From Candidatus Marinacidobacterium sp. (GTDB lineage Bacteria; Acidobacteriota; Vicinamibacteria; Marinacidobacterales; Marinacidobacteraceae), in NCBI GenBank assembly GCA_965204755.1, contig OZ242011.1, positions 2,240,001 through 2,304,000 on the forward strand: DNA of 64,000 nt, given 5' to 3'. Made by a program: the position numbers and the translations under genes. The notes below the pieces were generated by a model. That model had not been told where the DNA came from. It did not search any database and worked only from the letters and a program-made list of their open reading frames with translations. Below are positions 1 through 10,032 of the stretch, piece by piece (within the stretch, counting starts at the first letter, position 1; each line of letters opens with the position of its first letter).

Positions 1-2214
1 GGCGGCGGGAACCTCCAGTTCGATCTGCTTCACCCCGCCCGGCCAGAGGAAGCGGACATAGTCGGCGGCCGCGGCCTCGCCGAGCCCGAAGTGGAGCGGC
101 AGGTCGTCCTGCGACAGGTACCCGGAAGTCGAACGGACCTCCCGGCGCTGGGAGACCGCGCCCACGCGGACCTCGACCTTGGCGCCGAGGCCGTCGAGAT
201 TGCTGCGGAGCCCGCGGGCCCGCACCGCCATCCAGTTGGCCTCCGGGGCGGTGTCGTTCCGGAACGCCAGCAGCCGTCCGAAGGTCGTCCCGGCGACCGC
301 GTCGAGGTCGCCGTCCCCGTCCACATCGGCGAGCGCCAGCGCCCGGGCCTCCTCTCCGTCCTCGAGTCCGGCGCCGACCGACGCCGCCCGGACGAAGCCG
401 CCCGGGGTGTTCTCGTAGAGCGCGAGCACGGCCTCGGGTTCGTTCACCACCAGCGCCAGGTCGAGATCCAGGTCCCGATCCGCATCCAGGAACGAGACGC
501 CGTAGCGGGCCCCCGGAACGCCGGCCTGCAGCAGGAGCGGGGAGGCGAGGTCCGGCGAGAAGCCTTCTCCCGCCGGGCCGCGGAGCAGCAGGTTCAGCGC
601 GCCGCCCTCCGCGGTCAGGGCGAGGTCGAAGGCGCCGTCGCGGTCGAAGTCCCCGGAGGCGGCGCCCCGCATCCGGGCCGCGGTCTCGACGCCCCAAGCC
701 TCCGCGGACTCGGTGAAAGTCCCGACCCGGTCGTTCGAGAACACCTGGACCGGACTGCCGTCGTTCACCACCAGGAAGTCCACATCGCGGTCGTCGTCCC
801 AGTCCGAGAACAGGGAGAACAGACTGCGGCGCGGGCCCCCGTCCGTCCGCGTCTCGCCGCCCACCTCGGTGAAACCGCCGTCGCCGTCGTTCCGGTAGAG
901 GCGGTTCGGCGCTCCCGGGATCCCCTCGGGAACCGGAATCTCACCGGCGAGGCCGACCAGGGCCCCCGGCGCGTAGTTCGCCGTGTAGAGATCGAGGTCG
1001 CCGTCGTGGTCGAAGTCGGCGAAGGTCGCGGAAACGGAGACCTCGCCGCCCTCCGCGCCGGAGCCCTCTGCCGCGTCGAAACCCGTTCCTCCCTCCGCGG
1101 CGCGGTTCAGGAGCAGCGCGTTCGGGCCGCTCGCCGCCACATAGAGATCCGGGTCGCCGTCCCGATCCACATCCCCGATGGTGACGCTCACCGCGCCGGG
1201 AACCGCGAGTTCGTCCCAAGGTTCGAAAATCCCGCCGAGGTTCCGGAACAGGACCACGCGCCCGCCGCGGACGAAGGCCAAGTCGGGCCGCCCGTCGCCG
1301 TCGAAGTCGCGGAAGGCGGCTCCGGAGCCGAGGTCGGGCAGCAGGTTCCGGGCGGCCCACTCCGGCGAGTAGTCGGAGGCCGACACCGACACCGGCGGGG
1401 CGGGCGGCGGAAGCGGCGTGAGGCCGAGCCCCCAAGCCTCCGTCCGTTCGCTGAAGGCGAAGGCGCCGGTCGGGGGCCGGGGGGCGGGCGCTTCCTGCAG
1501 CGGCGGCGGCGACTCCTCCATCGCTTCGGCGTAAGGGCCGAGTTCGGTGTACTGGAGCCCGGCGCTCACGCCGCCGCCGGCGAACACCTCCCGGAGGCGC
1601 TGGAATTCCTCCAGTTCCCGGCGGCCCTCCTCGCGGCGCCCGGCGCGGACGAGCACATTGCCGAGGCTGAACCGGGCCGACTCGTGCTCCGGCTGCAGTT
1701 CGAGCGCCGCGCGAAGCGCGGTTTCTGCTTCGTCCAGCCGGCCGACCGCGGCGTACGCGGCGCCCAGGTAGTACTGGGTCATCGCATCGTCCGGATCCAT
1801 TTCCGCCACCCGGCGGAACGCCTCGAGCGCGGCTTCGGTGTTCCCCTCGAGTTTCTCGATCAGGCCCAGGTTGTAGAGGGCGTGGGGCGCCTCGGCGTCG
1901 AGGGAGCGCGCCCGCTCGAAACTGCCCCGCGCCCGGTCGAAACGGCGCTCGTTGAACCAGGCGATCCCGAGGTTCACATGACCGGCCACGGAATCGGGAG
2001 CGAGTTCCACCACCCGCGCGAACTCGTCGGCGGCATCCCGGAAGCGGAACTGCTCGAGCAGCGCGACCCCGCGGCTCATGCGGTTCGCCGCCTCCTCGCC
2101 CGCCGGGAGGAGACCGGGCGGGGAGCCGACCGCGACGGCGGCCGAGAACGCGGCCGGGAGCACCGCGGCCGGAAGGCGCCGAACGAACCGCGAGGGGCCG
2201 GCGCCGCTGTCCAT
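1..2214 (-). CDS. TPR + FG-GAP repeat + ASPIC/UnbV (CRTAC1-like) exported protein; 3' end runs off the window
   Basis: Not in the ORF track because there is no stop in the window. Translated by hand from ATG 2214: signal-like N-terminus, TPRs ([45 protein letters not shown]), FG-GAP/EF-like motifs ([23 protein letters not shown]) and an ASPIC-type tail ([24 protein letters not shown]). Confidence 0.85.
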   Translation of the reverse strand, partial: MDSGAGPSRFVRRLPAAVLPAAFSAAVAVGSPPGLLPAGEEAANRMSRGVALLEQFRFRDAADEFARVVELAPDSVAGHVNLGIAWFNERRFDRARGSFERARSLDAEAPHALYNLGLIEKLEGNTEAALEAFRRVAEMDPDDAMTQYYLGAAYAAVGRLDEAETALRAALELQPEHESARFSLGNVLVRAGRREEGRRELEEFQRLREVFAGGGVSAGLQYTELGPYAEAMEESPPPLQEAPAPRPPTGAFAFSERTEAWGLGLTPLPPPAPPVSVSASDYSPEWAARNLLPDLGSGAAFRDFDGDGRPDLAFVRGGRVVLFRNLGGIFEPWDELAVPGAVSVTIGDVDRDGDPDLYVAASGPNALLLNRAAEGGTGFDAAEGSGAEGGEVSVSATFADFDHDGDLDLYTANYAPGALVGLAGEIPVPEGIPGAPNRLYRNDGDGGFTEVGGETRTDGGPRRSLFSLFSDWDDDRDVDFLVVNDGSPVQVFSNDRVGTFTESAEAWGVETAARMRGAASGDFDRDGAFDLALTAEGGALNLLLRGPAGEGFSPDLASPLLLQAGVPGARYGVSFLDADRDLDLDLALVVNEPEAVLALYENTPGGFVRAASVGAGLEDGEEARALALADVDGDGDLDAVAGTTFGRLLAFRNDTAPEANWMAVRARGLRSNLDGLGAKVEVRVGAVSQRREVRSTSGYLSQDDLPLHFGLGEAAAADYVRFLWPGGVKQIELEVPAA

Positions 2215-2355
2215 GGCGGCGCTGATTATGACGAACCCCCGGAGCGCTCCCGGCCTCCCGGAGAGCACGCCGAGCGCGCGGGCGCCGGCATCGGCCCGCC
2301 TCCGGAGGCGGGCCGGCGGGTCGTCGGCGGTTCCCGTCGACAATACCGCCCGCCC

Positions 2356-4359
2356 GTGATCCAACTCGTGGACGCCTCGAAGGCCTACGGCGAGCAGGTG
2401 CTGCTGCGCCGGGCGAACTGGAGGGTCGGCGCCGGAGAGCGGATCGGCTTGGTCGGGCCGAACGGATCCGGGAAGACCACCCTGCTCCGGATCCTGGCGG
2501 GGCGCGCTCCCCTCGACGACGGCGCGGTGGTCCGCGCGCGGGCCGCCCGGATCGGGTACCTGCCCCAGGAGGGGCTGCGACTCGCCGGGAGGTCGGTCGG
2601 CGAGGAAGTGAAGATGGCCTTCGCCGACCTCATCGAGAAACGGCGCGTCCAGGAAGTCCTGGCGGACCGGCTGGCGCGGCGCCCGGAGGAGCCGGGTCTG
2701 CTGGACCGCTACGGCGAGATCGAAGAGGAGTGGCAGCGGCGGGGCGGGTACGAACTGGATGCGCGGGTCGGGGAAGTGCTCTCCGGCCTCGGTTTCGGCG
2801 AAGGGGACGAGGCCCGCCCGGCGGAGGACTTCTCCCAGGGCTGGCAGATGCGGATCGCGCTCGCGCGGCTGCTGCTGGAGGCGAACGACCTCATCCTCCT
2901 CGACGAACCCACGAACTACCTCGACCTCGAAGCGCGAACCTGGCTGCTCGGCTTCCTCTCGCAGCATCGCGGCGGGCTGGTGCTGGTGGCGCACGACCGG
3001 TACTTCCTGGACCAGGTCGTCACCGGCATCACCGAGATCGGCGCCGGCCGGCTGGGCCGCTACCCGGGCGGCTACAGCGACTACGAGACCCGCCGCGCGG
3101 CGGAGATCGCCGAACTGCGGAAGCGGGCCGCCGAGCAGGAAGCGGAGATCGAACGCCACCGGCGGTTCATCAACCGCTTCCGCTACCAGGCGAGCCGCGC
3201 CCGGCAGGTCCAGAGCCGGGTCAAGGCGCTCGAACGCATGGAGCGCATCGAAGCGCCGCCCGAACGGCGGCGCGTACGGCTTTCGCTCCCCCGGCCGCCG
3301 CGGTCCGGCCGGGTGCTGGTGACGCTCGACGGCGTGGCCAAGCGGTTCGGCGCCCTACGGGTTTTCGAGGGCCTCGACCTCGTCGTCGAGCGCGGCGAGC
3401 GGCTGGCGCTCGTCGGGCCGAACGGCGCCGGCAAGTCCACGCTGATTCGGCTGCTCGCCGGCGCCGAACGGCCGGATGCCGGAACGCGCGAGCCGGGCCA
3501 CGAGGCGCAGATCGCCTGGTACGGCCCCGATCGGCACGACCTCGATCCGGAGCGGACCGTCCGGCAGACGATGAGCGACGCCGCGCCGCTTCCCCGGCTC
3601 CCGGAGATCCGGAACATCCTGGGGGCGTTCCTCTTCTCCGGCGACGCCGTGGACAAACGCACCGCCGTCCTCTCCGGAGGCGAACGTTGCCGGCTGGCGC
3701 TCGCGCGGCTGTTCCTGCGCCCGGCGAACCTGCTCCTCCTCGACGAGCCGACGAACCACCTCGATCTCGACGCGAAGGCCGCGTTGCTGTCGGCGCTACG
3801 CGACTACCGCGGGACCGTGGTCTTCGTCGCCCACGACCGCTACTTCATGGACGCCCTCGCCACCCGCGTCGCGGTCGTCGGCGAAGGGGGCGCCGCCGTG
3901 TATTGGGGCAACTACTCGGACTACCTGGCGCGGCAGGAGGGCGACCGGGACGCCGAGCGGAAGCCGAAGGCCGCCGCGGCGCGGCGAAACGAGGCCCCGG
4001 CCCGCGGCGATGCCGCCGGAGGGTCGAAAACCGGCCGGAAGCCGCCGCGCGCCGCGAAACCCAAGGGCGGGAAGAACCGGCAGCGCGAACGGAAACGGCG
4101 CTGGCGAGCCGCGTTCGAGGCGGTCGCGGACGCCGAGGCGGCGATCGAGAGTTTGGAAGCCCGGATGGCCGCGCCCGGATTCTGGGAGGACCGCGAAGGG
4201 GCGGGCCGCATCGCCGCGACCCACGCCGACCTTCAGCGGCGCCTGCCCGGCCTCTACGAAGAACTGACCCGCTTGGACGAAGAGGCGGCGGAGGCGGTCG
4301 CCGCCGGGGGCTCGAGCGCTACCCCGAAACCGCTCGCCGGCCGGTTCGCGGAGCCGTAG
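2356..4359 (+). CDS. ABC-F family ATP-binding protein (YheS/Uup-like)
   Basis: Two ABC cassettes ([21 protein letters not shown] and [22 protein letters not shown]), a linker, no TM segments and a coiled C-terminus. The true start is GTG 2356; the first ~755 aa of the track ORF are the shadow of the opposite-strand gene. Confidence 0.92.
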   Translation: MIQLVDASKAYGEQVLLRRANWRVGAGERIGLVGPNGSGKTTLLRILAGRAPLDDGAVVRARAARIGYLPQEGLRLAGRSVGEEVKMAFADLIEKRRVQEVLADRLARRPEEPGLLDRYGEIEEEWQRRGGYELDARVGEVLSGLGFGEGDEARPAEDFSQGWQMRIALARLLLEANDLILLDEPTNYLDLEARTWLLGFLSQHRGGLVLVAHDRYFLDQVVTGITEIGAGRLGRYPGGYSDYETRRAAEIAELRKRAAEQEAEIERHRRFINRFRYQASRARQVQSRVKALERMERIEAPPERRRVRLSLPRPPRSGRVLVTLDGVAKRFGALRVFEGLDLVVERGERLALVGPNGAGKSTLIRLLAGAERPDAGTREPGHEAQIAWYGPDRHDLDPERTVRQTMSDAAPLPRLPEIRNILGAFLFSGDAVDKRTAVLSGGERCRLALARLFLRPANLLLLDEPTNHLDLDAKAALLSALRDYRGTVVFVAHDRYFMDALATRVAVVGEGGAAVYWGNYSDYLARQEGDRDAERKPKAAAARRNEAPARGDAAGGSKTGRKPPRAAKPKGGKNRQRERKRRWRAAFEAVADAEAAIESLEARMAAPGFWEDREGAGRIAATHADLQRRLPGLYEELTRLDEEAAEAVAAGGSSATPKPLAGRFAEP

Positions 4360-4469
4360 CCGGCCGCCGTCGCCGCGGGCCTCCGGATCCCCGACCGGCC
4401 GGAGGAGGTCTTCCGGGGCGGGGCCGCTGCCGGCCCCCGCGCGGCCGGGCCACTACGATACTCCGCCGA

Positions 4470-4985
4470 ATGTACCGGGTCGCTTGCGACGGTTCCTGCC
4501 TCGAGAACCCCGGGCCCGGCGGTTGGGCGGTCATCATCACGGACACCGCCGGCAACGAGACGACGCGGACCGGGGCCGAACCGCACACCACGAACAACCG
4601 GATGGAGTTGACCGCCGCGATCGAAGCGCTGGCGTCCATCCCGAAGAACTGCCACGGGATCGTGTTCTGCGACAGCGAGTATGTGGTCAACGGGCTCCGG
4701 GACTGGCTTCCGGGTTGGAAGCGGCGGGGCTGGAAGACCAGCGCCGGGAAACCGGTGAAGAACCAGGACCTGTGGCGCCGGCTCGCCGCCGCCTCGGCGG
4801 AGAAGCCCTTCGTCCGGTTCCAGTGGGTCCGGGCGCATGCCGGCCACGAAGCGAACGAACGGGCGGACCGGGCGGCGTTCCGGGAGGCGAGCGCCGCCGG
4901 CGGAGGGACGCGGCAAGCCCGACCGAGGCGCGCCAAGCGAGCCACCGCCGGCCTCTTGCGCCCCCCCGTCCCGTACGCCGACTGA
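4470..4985 (+). CDS. rnhA: Ribonuclease HI
   Basis: CDGSCLENPGPGGW, TTNNRMEL, CDSEY, KPVKNQDLW, WVRAHAGHEANERAD motifs; ATG 4470. Confidence 0.95.
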   Translation: MYRVACDGSCLENPGPGGWAVIITDTAGNETTRTGAEPHTTNNRMELTAAIEALASIPKNCHGIVFCDSEYVVNGLRDWLPGWKRRGWKTSAGKPVKNQDLWRRLAAASAEKPFVRFQWVRAHAGHEANERADRAAFREASAAGGGTRQARPRRAKRATAGLLRPPVPYAD

Positions 4986-5030
4986 CCGGTCGGGCCTTCG
5001 CTCTCGCCGCCGCCGGATAGACTGGATTTC

Positions 5031-5978
5031 GTGCGCCGCTACCGCTTCTACCAAGCGGATGTGTTCACCGACCGGGTGTTCACCGGGAACGCGCTGGCGA
5101 TCTTTCCGTACGCCGACGGGCTCTCCGGCGATGAGATGCAGCGGATCGCCGCGGAGATGAACCTGTCGGAGACGGCGTTCGTGCTGTCCCCCACCGAGGT
5201 CCAGGCCCTGCTCCGGCTGCGGATCTTCACCCCGGTCACCGAGTTGCCGCTGGCCGGCCATCCGGTCGTGGGGACGATCTTCGTCCTCGCCTCGCGCGGC
5301 GAGTACGGGCTGGACGAGGCGCTCTCCGGAGTCGGCGACGGAGTCCGTCGAATCCACCAGGAATGCGGGGCCGGCGTGCTGCCGGTGGACATCCGGGTCC
5401 GCGGCGGCGAGGTGGAACAGGTGGTGATGACCCAGGCGCCTCCCCGCTTCTTCGGGGAGTTCGCGGACCGGGCGGCGCTGGCCGCCTGCCTGGGGTTGGG
5501 AGAGGACGACCTGTTGCCCGACGGGACGCCCGCCCAGGTCGTCTCCACGGCGATGCCGCAACTCATGGTGCCCGTCCGCTCCCTGCGGAGCCTCGAGCGG
5601 ATCGAACTGGACGCCGGCGCCGCTCGCTCGCTGCTGAATCGGGAGGAGATCGGTTCCGACTGCCTGATGGTCTTCTCCACGGAATGCGTGCGCCGGGAGA
5701 GCGCCGCCCACGCGCGCATGTTCGCCCCGGGGCTCGGCGTGGTGGAGGACCCCGCCACCGGGAGCGCCGCGGGAGCGCTGGGCGCCTGGCTCGTCCGCCA
5801 CCGGCGGGCGGTGGCGAACGATTCGGGGCCGGTCCGGTTGATCATCGAACAGGGCTACGAAATGGGTCGTCCCAGCACCATCCATGTCGAGGTGGAACAC
5901 GACGACGGCGCGCCCTCGGAAGTGCGGGTCGGCGGACAGGCGGTCTTCGTCGCCGAAGGCTCGCTGAGCCTCCCGTAG
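5031..5978 (+). CDS. PhzF family isomerase/epimerase
   Basis: DVFTDRVFTGNALA, EMNLSETAFV, RIFTPVTELPLAGHP, EDPATGSAAG and EQGYEMGRPS motifs. Confidence 0.93.
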   Translation: MRRYRFYQADVFTDRVFTGNALAIFPYADGLSGDEMQRIAAEMNLSETAFVLSPTEVQALLRLRIFTPVTELPLAGHPVVGTIFVLASRGEYGLDEALSGVGDGVRRIHQECGAGVLPVDIRVRGGEVEQVVMTQAPPRFFGEFADRAALAACLGLGEDDLLPDGTPAQVVSTAMPQLMVPVRSLRSLERIELDAGAARSLLNREEIGSDCLMVFSTECVRRESAAHARMFAPGLGVVEDPATGSAAGALGAWLVRHRRAVANDSGPVRLIIEQGYEMGRPSTIHVEVEHDDGAPSEVRVGGQAVFVAEGSLSLP

Positions 5979-6024
5979 CCCGGAGCGGGGACCGCCGGGG
6001 GCGGGGCGCCCGCCCCGCGGGCCG

Positions 6025-7671
6025 TCAGCGGCCGGGCGGCGCCTCGATCCGCTCGCCGGGAAGCGGCGGCGTGTGCGCCGGAACCCGGTGGGCGCGGACG
6101 CGCTGCTCGAAGGCATACCCCAGGGCGAGAAGCCGCGGTTCGCTGAACGCCCGGCCCAGGAAGGAAATCCCCACCGGCAGGCCGGCGCCGGTGAACCCCG
6201 CCGGGACGATGAGATCGGGAAACCCGCTCATGTTGGCGAACCGGACCGGAGACCGGCTCCGCCCGCCGGCGCCGGGCTCGCGATGGAGCGGCGGCGGCCG
6301 CGTGGGCGAGGTCGGATAGACGAGGGCATCCAGGCGCTGCTCGTCCAGCAGTCCTTCGACGACCGCGCGCACGAGCGGCAGGCCGTGGGTGAGCACCGCC
6401 CGGTAGGCGTGGTCGGTGACTTCGCCGCTGGCGTTTTCGCGAAGGAAGAGACTCCATCGCCCGGGATTCGGAATCCGGTCTTCCTCCCGCGACGGAAGCC
6501 GCATGGACTGCTCCACGAGTTCGTCGAGACTGGCGGGATACTCGCCGCCGAGCGTGGCCAGGTACTCCGCGACCTGTTTCCGGAATTCCGGCCAGCGAAC
6601 GGCGGTGTAGAGGTCGCTCTCGATCTCCAGCAGCCACGAAGGCAATCGGACCTCCACGACTTCCGCGCCGGCGTCCCGCATCGCGTCGAGCGCGGCCTCG
6701 ATCACCCAGTCCACTTCGGAATCGAACCCCAGGAAGTCGCGGGCGACGCCGAGGCGGGCGCCGGAGAGCCCGTCTTCGTCCAGGAACGCCGCGTAGTCGC
6801 GGTGAGACTTCCCTTCGCTGCGGGCGGTGGCCGGGTCCGCCGGATCCACGCCGGCGAGCACCCCCAGGGCGGCGGCTACATCGGCGACGCTCCGCGCCAT
6901 CGGCCCGGCCGTGTCGAACGACAGCGCGAGCGGGACGATCCCGTCGCGGCTCAACAGGCCGAGTGTCGGCTTCAGGCCGACGATCCCGTTGGCGGTGGAC
7001 GGGCCCCGCACCGACCCGCCGGTGTCCGTGCCGAGTCCGAGGAAGCCGTAACCGGCCGCCACCGCGGCGCCCGTGCCGCCGGAGGAGCCGGAAGGCGACC
7101 TCGTCGGGTCATGCGGGTTTCGCGTGATCCCGCCGAGGGAAGACATCGCTCCGCCGGAGGCGAACTCGCTCAGGTTCACCTTCGCCAGCACGATCGCGCC
7201 CGCCTCCCGGAGCCGGCGGACCAGGAAGGCGTCGTCCGGGGGCAGCGAGTCCCGGAGCAGGAAGGAACCCGCGGTCGTGGGAAGGTCGGCCGTGTCCAGG
7301 TTGTCCTTGAGCACGACCGGAATCCCGTGGAGCGGCGACCGCGCTCCCGACTCCCGCCGCTCGGCGTCGAGCCGGCGCGCCCGCGCCCCGGCTTCGGGAT
7401 TCACCGTGATGACCGCGTTGACGCGCGGTCCGCGGTCGTCGTACGCCTCGATCCGGGCGAGGCAGAGTTCCACCAGGCGCTCGGCGGTCACCCGGCCGTC
7501 GTCCATCGCCGCGGCCATCTCGGAAATCGTCGCGGTCGTAAGGTCGAGCGGCGGCTGGGACCACGCCGCGCTCGCCGCGCCCAGCCCGGCGAGCGCCAGC
7601 GCGCCGACGCTTCCGGCGCGAACCGGGCGCCGGGCGGCTGGCGGTCGGCGCGCGGATGGGGGAGGACTCAT
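6025..7671 (-). CDS. Amidase signature family protein (exported)
   Basis: PLHGIPVVLKDN, SGSSGGTG, GTDTGGSVR (Ser-cisSer-Lys triad); signal-peptide-like N-terminus. Confidence 0.93.
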   Translation of the reverse strand: MSPPPSARRPPAARRPVRAGSVGALALAGLGAASAAWSQPPLDLTTATISEMAAAMDDGRVTAERLVELCLARIEAYDDRGPRVNAVITVNPEAGARARRLDAERRESGARSPLHGIPVVLKDNLDTADLPTTAGSFLLRDSLPPDDAFLVRRLREAGAIVLAKVNLSEFASGGAMSSLGGITRNPHDPTRSPSGSSGGTGAAVAAGYGFLGLGTDTGGSVRGPSTANGIVGLKPTLGLLSRDGIVPLALSFDTAGPMARSVADVAAALGVLAGVDPADPATARSEGKSHRDYAAFLDEDGLSGARLGVARDFLGFDSEVDWVIEAALDAMRDAGAEVVEVRLPSWLLEIESDLYTAVRWPEFRKQVAEYLATLGGEYPASLDELVEQSMRLPSREEDRIPNPGRWSLFLRENASGEVTDHAYRAVLTHGLPLVRAVVEGLLDEQRLDALVYPTSPTRPPPLHREPGAGGRSRSPVRFANMSGFPDLIVPAGFTGAGLPVGISFLGRAFSEPRLLALGYAFEQRVRAHRVPAHTPPLPGERIEAPPGR

Positions 7672-7851
7672 GAGCGCGATCGTACGCCCTCCGCCCCCGC
7701 TCCCGTCGTTGCCGTCGTCGGGGGCGCGCCGGTCCCCGCAGGAAACGAGAGGGTCAGCGAAGAAGGGCCGGGCCCGAATACCTGCTCCGGTTCGCGGCGC
7801 CGGGCTCGCGGGGGCGCCGGGGCCGAAGCGCCCCGAACGACCTTGGCGGAC

Positions 7852-8907
7852 TCAGTTCGCGGAGAGGCTCCGGCGGAACTCCTCGTTCAGGGTCGGGTTG
7901 TCCTGCAGCATCCGGAGCGCCTCGCTCTCCAGTTGCCGCACCCGTTCCCGAGTGAGGTGGAGTTCCCTCCCGATGTCCTCGAGATTCGCCTCGGTCTCGC
8001 CGCCGATCCCGAAGCGCCGGGTCACGACGCGCTGCAGCCGGTCGGGGAGCGCGGAGATCGCGTCCCGCACATGCCGGCGCTGCTCGGCGTCGGTGACATC
8101 CTCGATCGGGTTCATCTGCTTCGGGTCCGGCGTGAGGGCGATCCGCGGCGTTCCGTTCGGCACGAGCGGCGCGTCGAGCGAGTCGATCTGCGGCACGGAG
8201 CGCAGCGTGTCCCGGAGCACCTCCGGCTTGACCCCGATCTCCGCGGCGACATCCTCGGTCGTCGGCGACTGCCGGCGGCCGCGGCGGGTCGGGTCGTTGC
8301 GGAACCGCTGCTCCAACTCGGCGCGCACCTTGGCCGCCTTCCGGTGCAGGTCGAGTTTGTTGATCGGAACCTTGATCGTCCGCGACTTCTGCGAGAGGGC
8401 GCGCCAGATCGCCTGCCGGATCCACCAGGTGGCGTAGGTCGAGAACTTGAGGTTGCGCTCCGGCTCGAACTTCCGCACCGCCTGCATGAGGCCGATGTTC
8501 CCCTCCTGGATGAGGTCCCCGAGCGGCAGCCCCTTGCCGCGCGACTGCTTGGCGATGGAGATCACCAGGCGGAGGTTCCCCTCGATCATCTTGCGGCGGT
8601 TCTCGTAGAACTCGTCGAGCCGTTCGGCGACGGGCTCCTCCCCCGCGTCCTCGATCCCTTCGAGCGCCTTGCGCATGGCCCGGCTGTAGCGCTGCTCGTC
8701 GTCCTTGGTGAGCAGCCGGTGGCGGTGCGTGTCGCGGAGGTACAACCCCATCGAGTCGAGGTCGCCCGTCTGGTGCGTATCGGGCGCGAGGCCGAGTTCT
8801 TCGTTCCGGGATTCCGTTTCTTCCTCGGTGGACTCTTCCTCTTCCTCTTCCTCCTCGAAGGAGCCGTCGACGAATTCGATCGTCTCGTAGTCGGTGGTGG
8901 TGTCCAT
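7852..8907 (-). CDS. Alternative (group 2-like) sigma-70 family RNA polymerase sigma factor
   Basis: Region 1.2 (DSMGLYLRD), region 2 ([44 protein letters not shown]), regions 3 and 4 ([14 protein letters not shown]). No full region 1.1. GGAGG RBS before ATG 8907. Confidence 0.92.
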   Translation of the reverse strand: MDTTTDYETIEFVDGSFEEEEEEEESTEEETESRNEELGLAPDTHQTGDLDSMGLYLRDTHRHRLLTKDDEQRYSRAMRKALEGIEDAGEEPVAERLDEFYENRRKMIEGNLRLVISIAKQSRGKGLPLGDLIQEGNIGLMQAVRKFEPERNLKFSTYATWWIRQAIWRALSQKSRTIKVPINKLDLHRKAAKVRAELEQRFRNDPTRRGRRQSPTTEDVAAEIGVKPEVLRDTLRSVPQIDSLDAPLVPNGTPRIALTPDPKQMNPIEDVTDAEQRRHVRDAISALPDRLQRVVTRRFGIGGETEANLEDIGRELHLTRERVRQLESEALRMLQDNPTLNEEFRRSLSAN

Positions 8908-8977
8908 GTCAAAACCTCCCGGGGTATCGGCGCCATCGACAGCGCGTCTTCGGTTCGTCGTTCTCGGCAAGATTATA

Positions 8978-8994
8978 TGCAGAGAACATGCCAA
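8978..8994 (-). promoter_or_regulatory. Sigma-54 (-24/-12) promoter upstream of the sigma factor gene
   Basis: Minus strand TTGGCATGTTCTCTGCA matches YTGGCACGRNNNTTGCW with exact GG-N10-GC spacing, in an AT-rich patch ~70 nt upstream of the ATG. Confidence 0.65.
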
Positions 8995-9255
8995 AATTCG
9001 TCACCCCCGCCGCCGGCTCCACCTCGCGTGCGGTCACGCGCATCGCGCACGAAATCGGGGCGGGACAAACCGGGTTAACGCGCCACCCGGGCGCGAGGTT
9101 CCCTTGCGGGAGATTCGGCGCCCGGAACGACGAAGAGCCGGGGACCGGGCCGGCCGTCCGGGGTCGGCGGCCGTCTCCCGGCCTCCCGGGGCGAGTCCCG
9201 GCCGACGGATGCCGGCGGAGCGCACGGGTCGGCAGGCGTCGCGGCCGGAGAGCGG

Positions 9256-10032
9256 TCAGCGCGACTCCCCGGGAAGCGGCAGGCGTACGATCTCCGCCGC
9301 CCCCTTCAGTTCGTCCACCCAAGCGGAGATCCGCCGGTTCAGGTCGCGTTCCTCCAGGATCCTGCGAATGGAGTCCTCCACCCGTTCGAGGGGCGGGGGC
9401 GCGCCGGGAGGAAGATCCGGGAGCAGGACCTCGCGGTAGTACTCCTGCACCTGCTGCTGGCTGACTTGGACGAGCGGGCGGAAGCGGCGTTCCAGGTAGC
9501 GGTCCACGACCAGTTCCCGTTCGATGCGCCGCCGGAGGTAGTCCTCCCGGATGCCGAGCCGCAACAGCGTGTCGCGGTACCCGTCCACGGTCCCGAACCT
9601 CTCCATGAGAGCCCGGAAGGTCGCTTCCGCTTCGTCCGGGGTCGGAGGATCGGCCGGGTACCGGCGCGCTTCGCGCTCCATCAGCCGGGCCGCGATCAAG
9701 TTCTCGACCGCGCCGCGGAGGTCGGGAAGGGCCGCCCCCGCCGGGTCGAGGGCGACCGCCTCCTCGACTTCGGAGAGCGTGATCGGCGCCCCGTCCACCA
9801 CCGCGACGACCCGGTCGAGCAGGCCGGTCTGCTGCAGCGGCATCCGCGGAACCGCGTTCGCCGGCGCCGCGGCGGAAGTGAGGAGGCCTCCGCCCAGGAG
9901 AACCCCGGACAAACGGAGCCTCCGCCACCGTGGGAGGCGCCGGGCCCGCCGCCGAAACGCCCGATCCGCGGGCCGAGGCGCCGCCGCGGCGGAAACCGTC
10001 CGGCGGGGAGCCGCCGGGCGCGGGCGGGTCAA
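9256..10032 (-). CDS. SurA N-terminal-domain-like periplasmic chaperone
   Basis: LLDRVVAVVDGAPITLSEV, helical SurA_N-like body, C-terminal WVDELKGAAEIVR. The TTG start overlaps the upstream stop (TTGA); start uncertain. Confidence 0.75.
   Translation of the reverse strand: MTRPRPAAPRRTVSAAAAPRPADRAFRRRARRLPRWRRLRLSGVLLGGGLLTSAAAPANAVPRMPLQQTGLLDRVVAVVDGAPITLSEVEEAVALDPAGAALPDLRGAVENLIAARLMEREARRYPADPPTPDEAEATFRALMERFGTVDGYRDTLLRLGIREDYLRRRIERELVVDRYLERRFRPLVQVSQQQVQEYYREVLLPDLPPGAPPPLERVEDSIRRILEERDLNRRISAWVDELKGAAEIVRLPLPGESR

Noticed and set aside
91-2355. Long N-terminal extension making a 1422-aa ABC-F fusion
   Set aside because: Antisense shadow of the real minus-strand TPR/FG-GAP gene; the ABC-F protein starts at GTG 2356.
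5031-5978. Phenazine biosynthesis cluster
   Set aside because: Only a stand-alone PhzF-family gene; no phzA/B/D/E/G neighbours.
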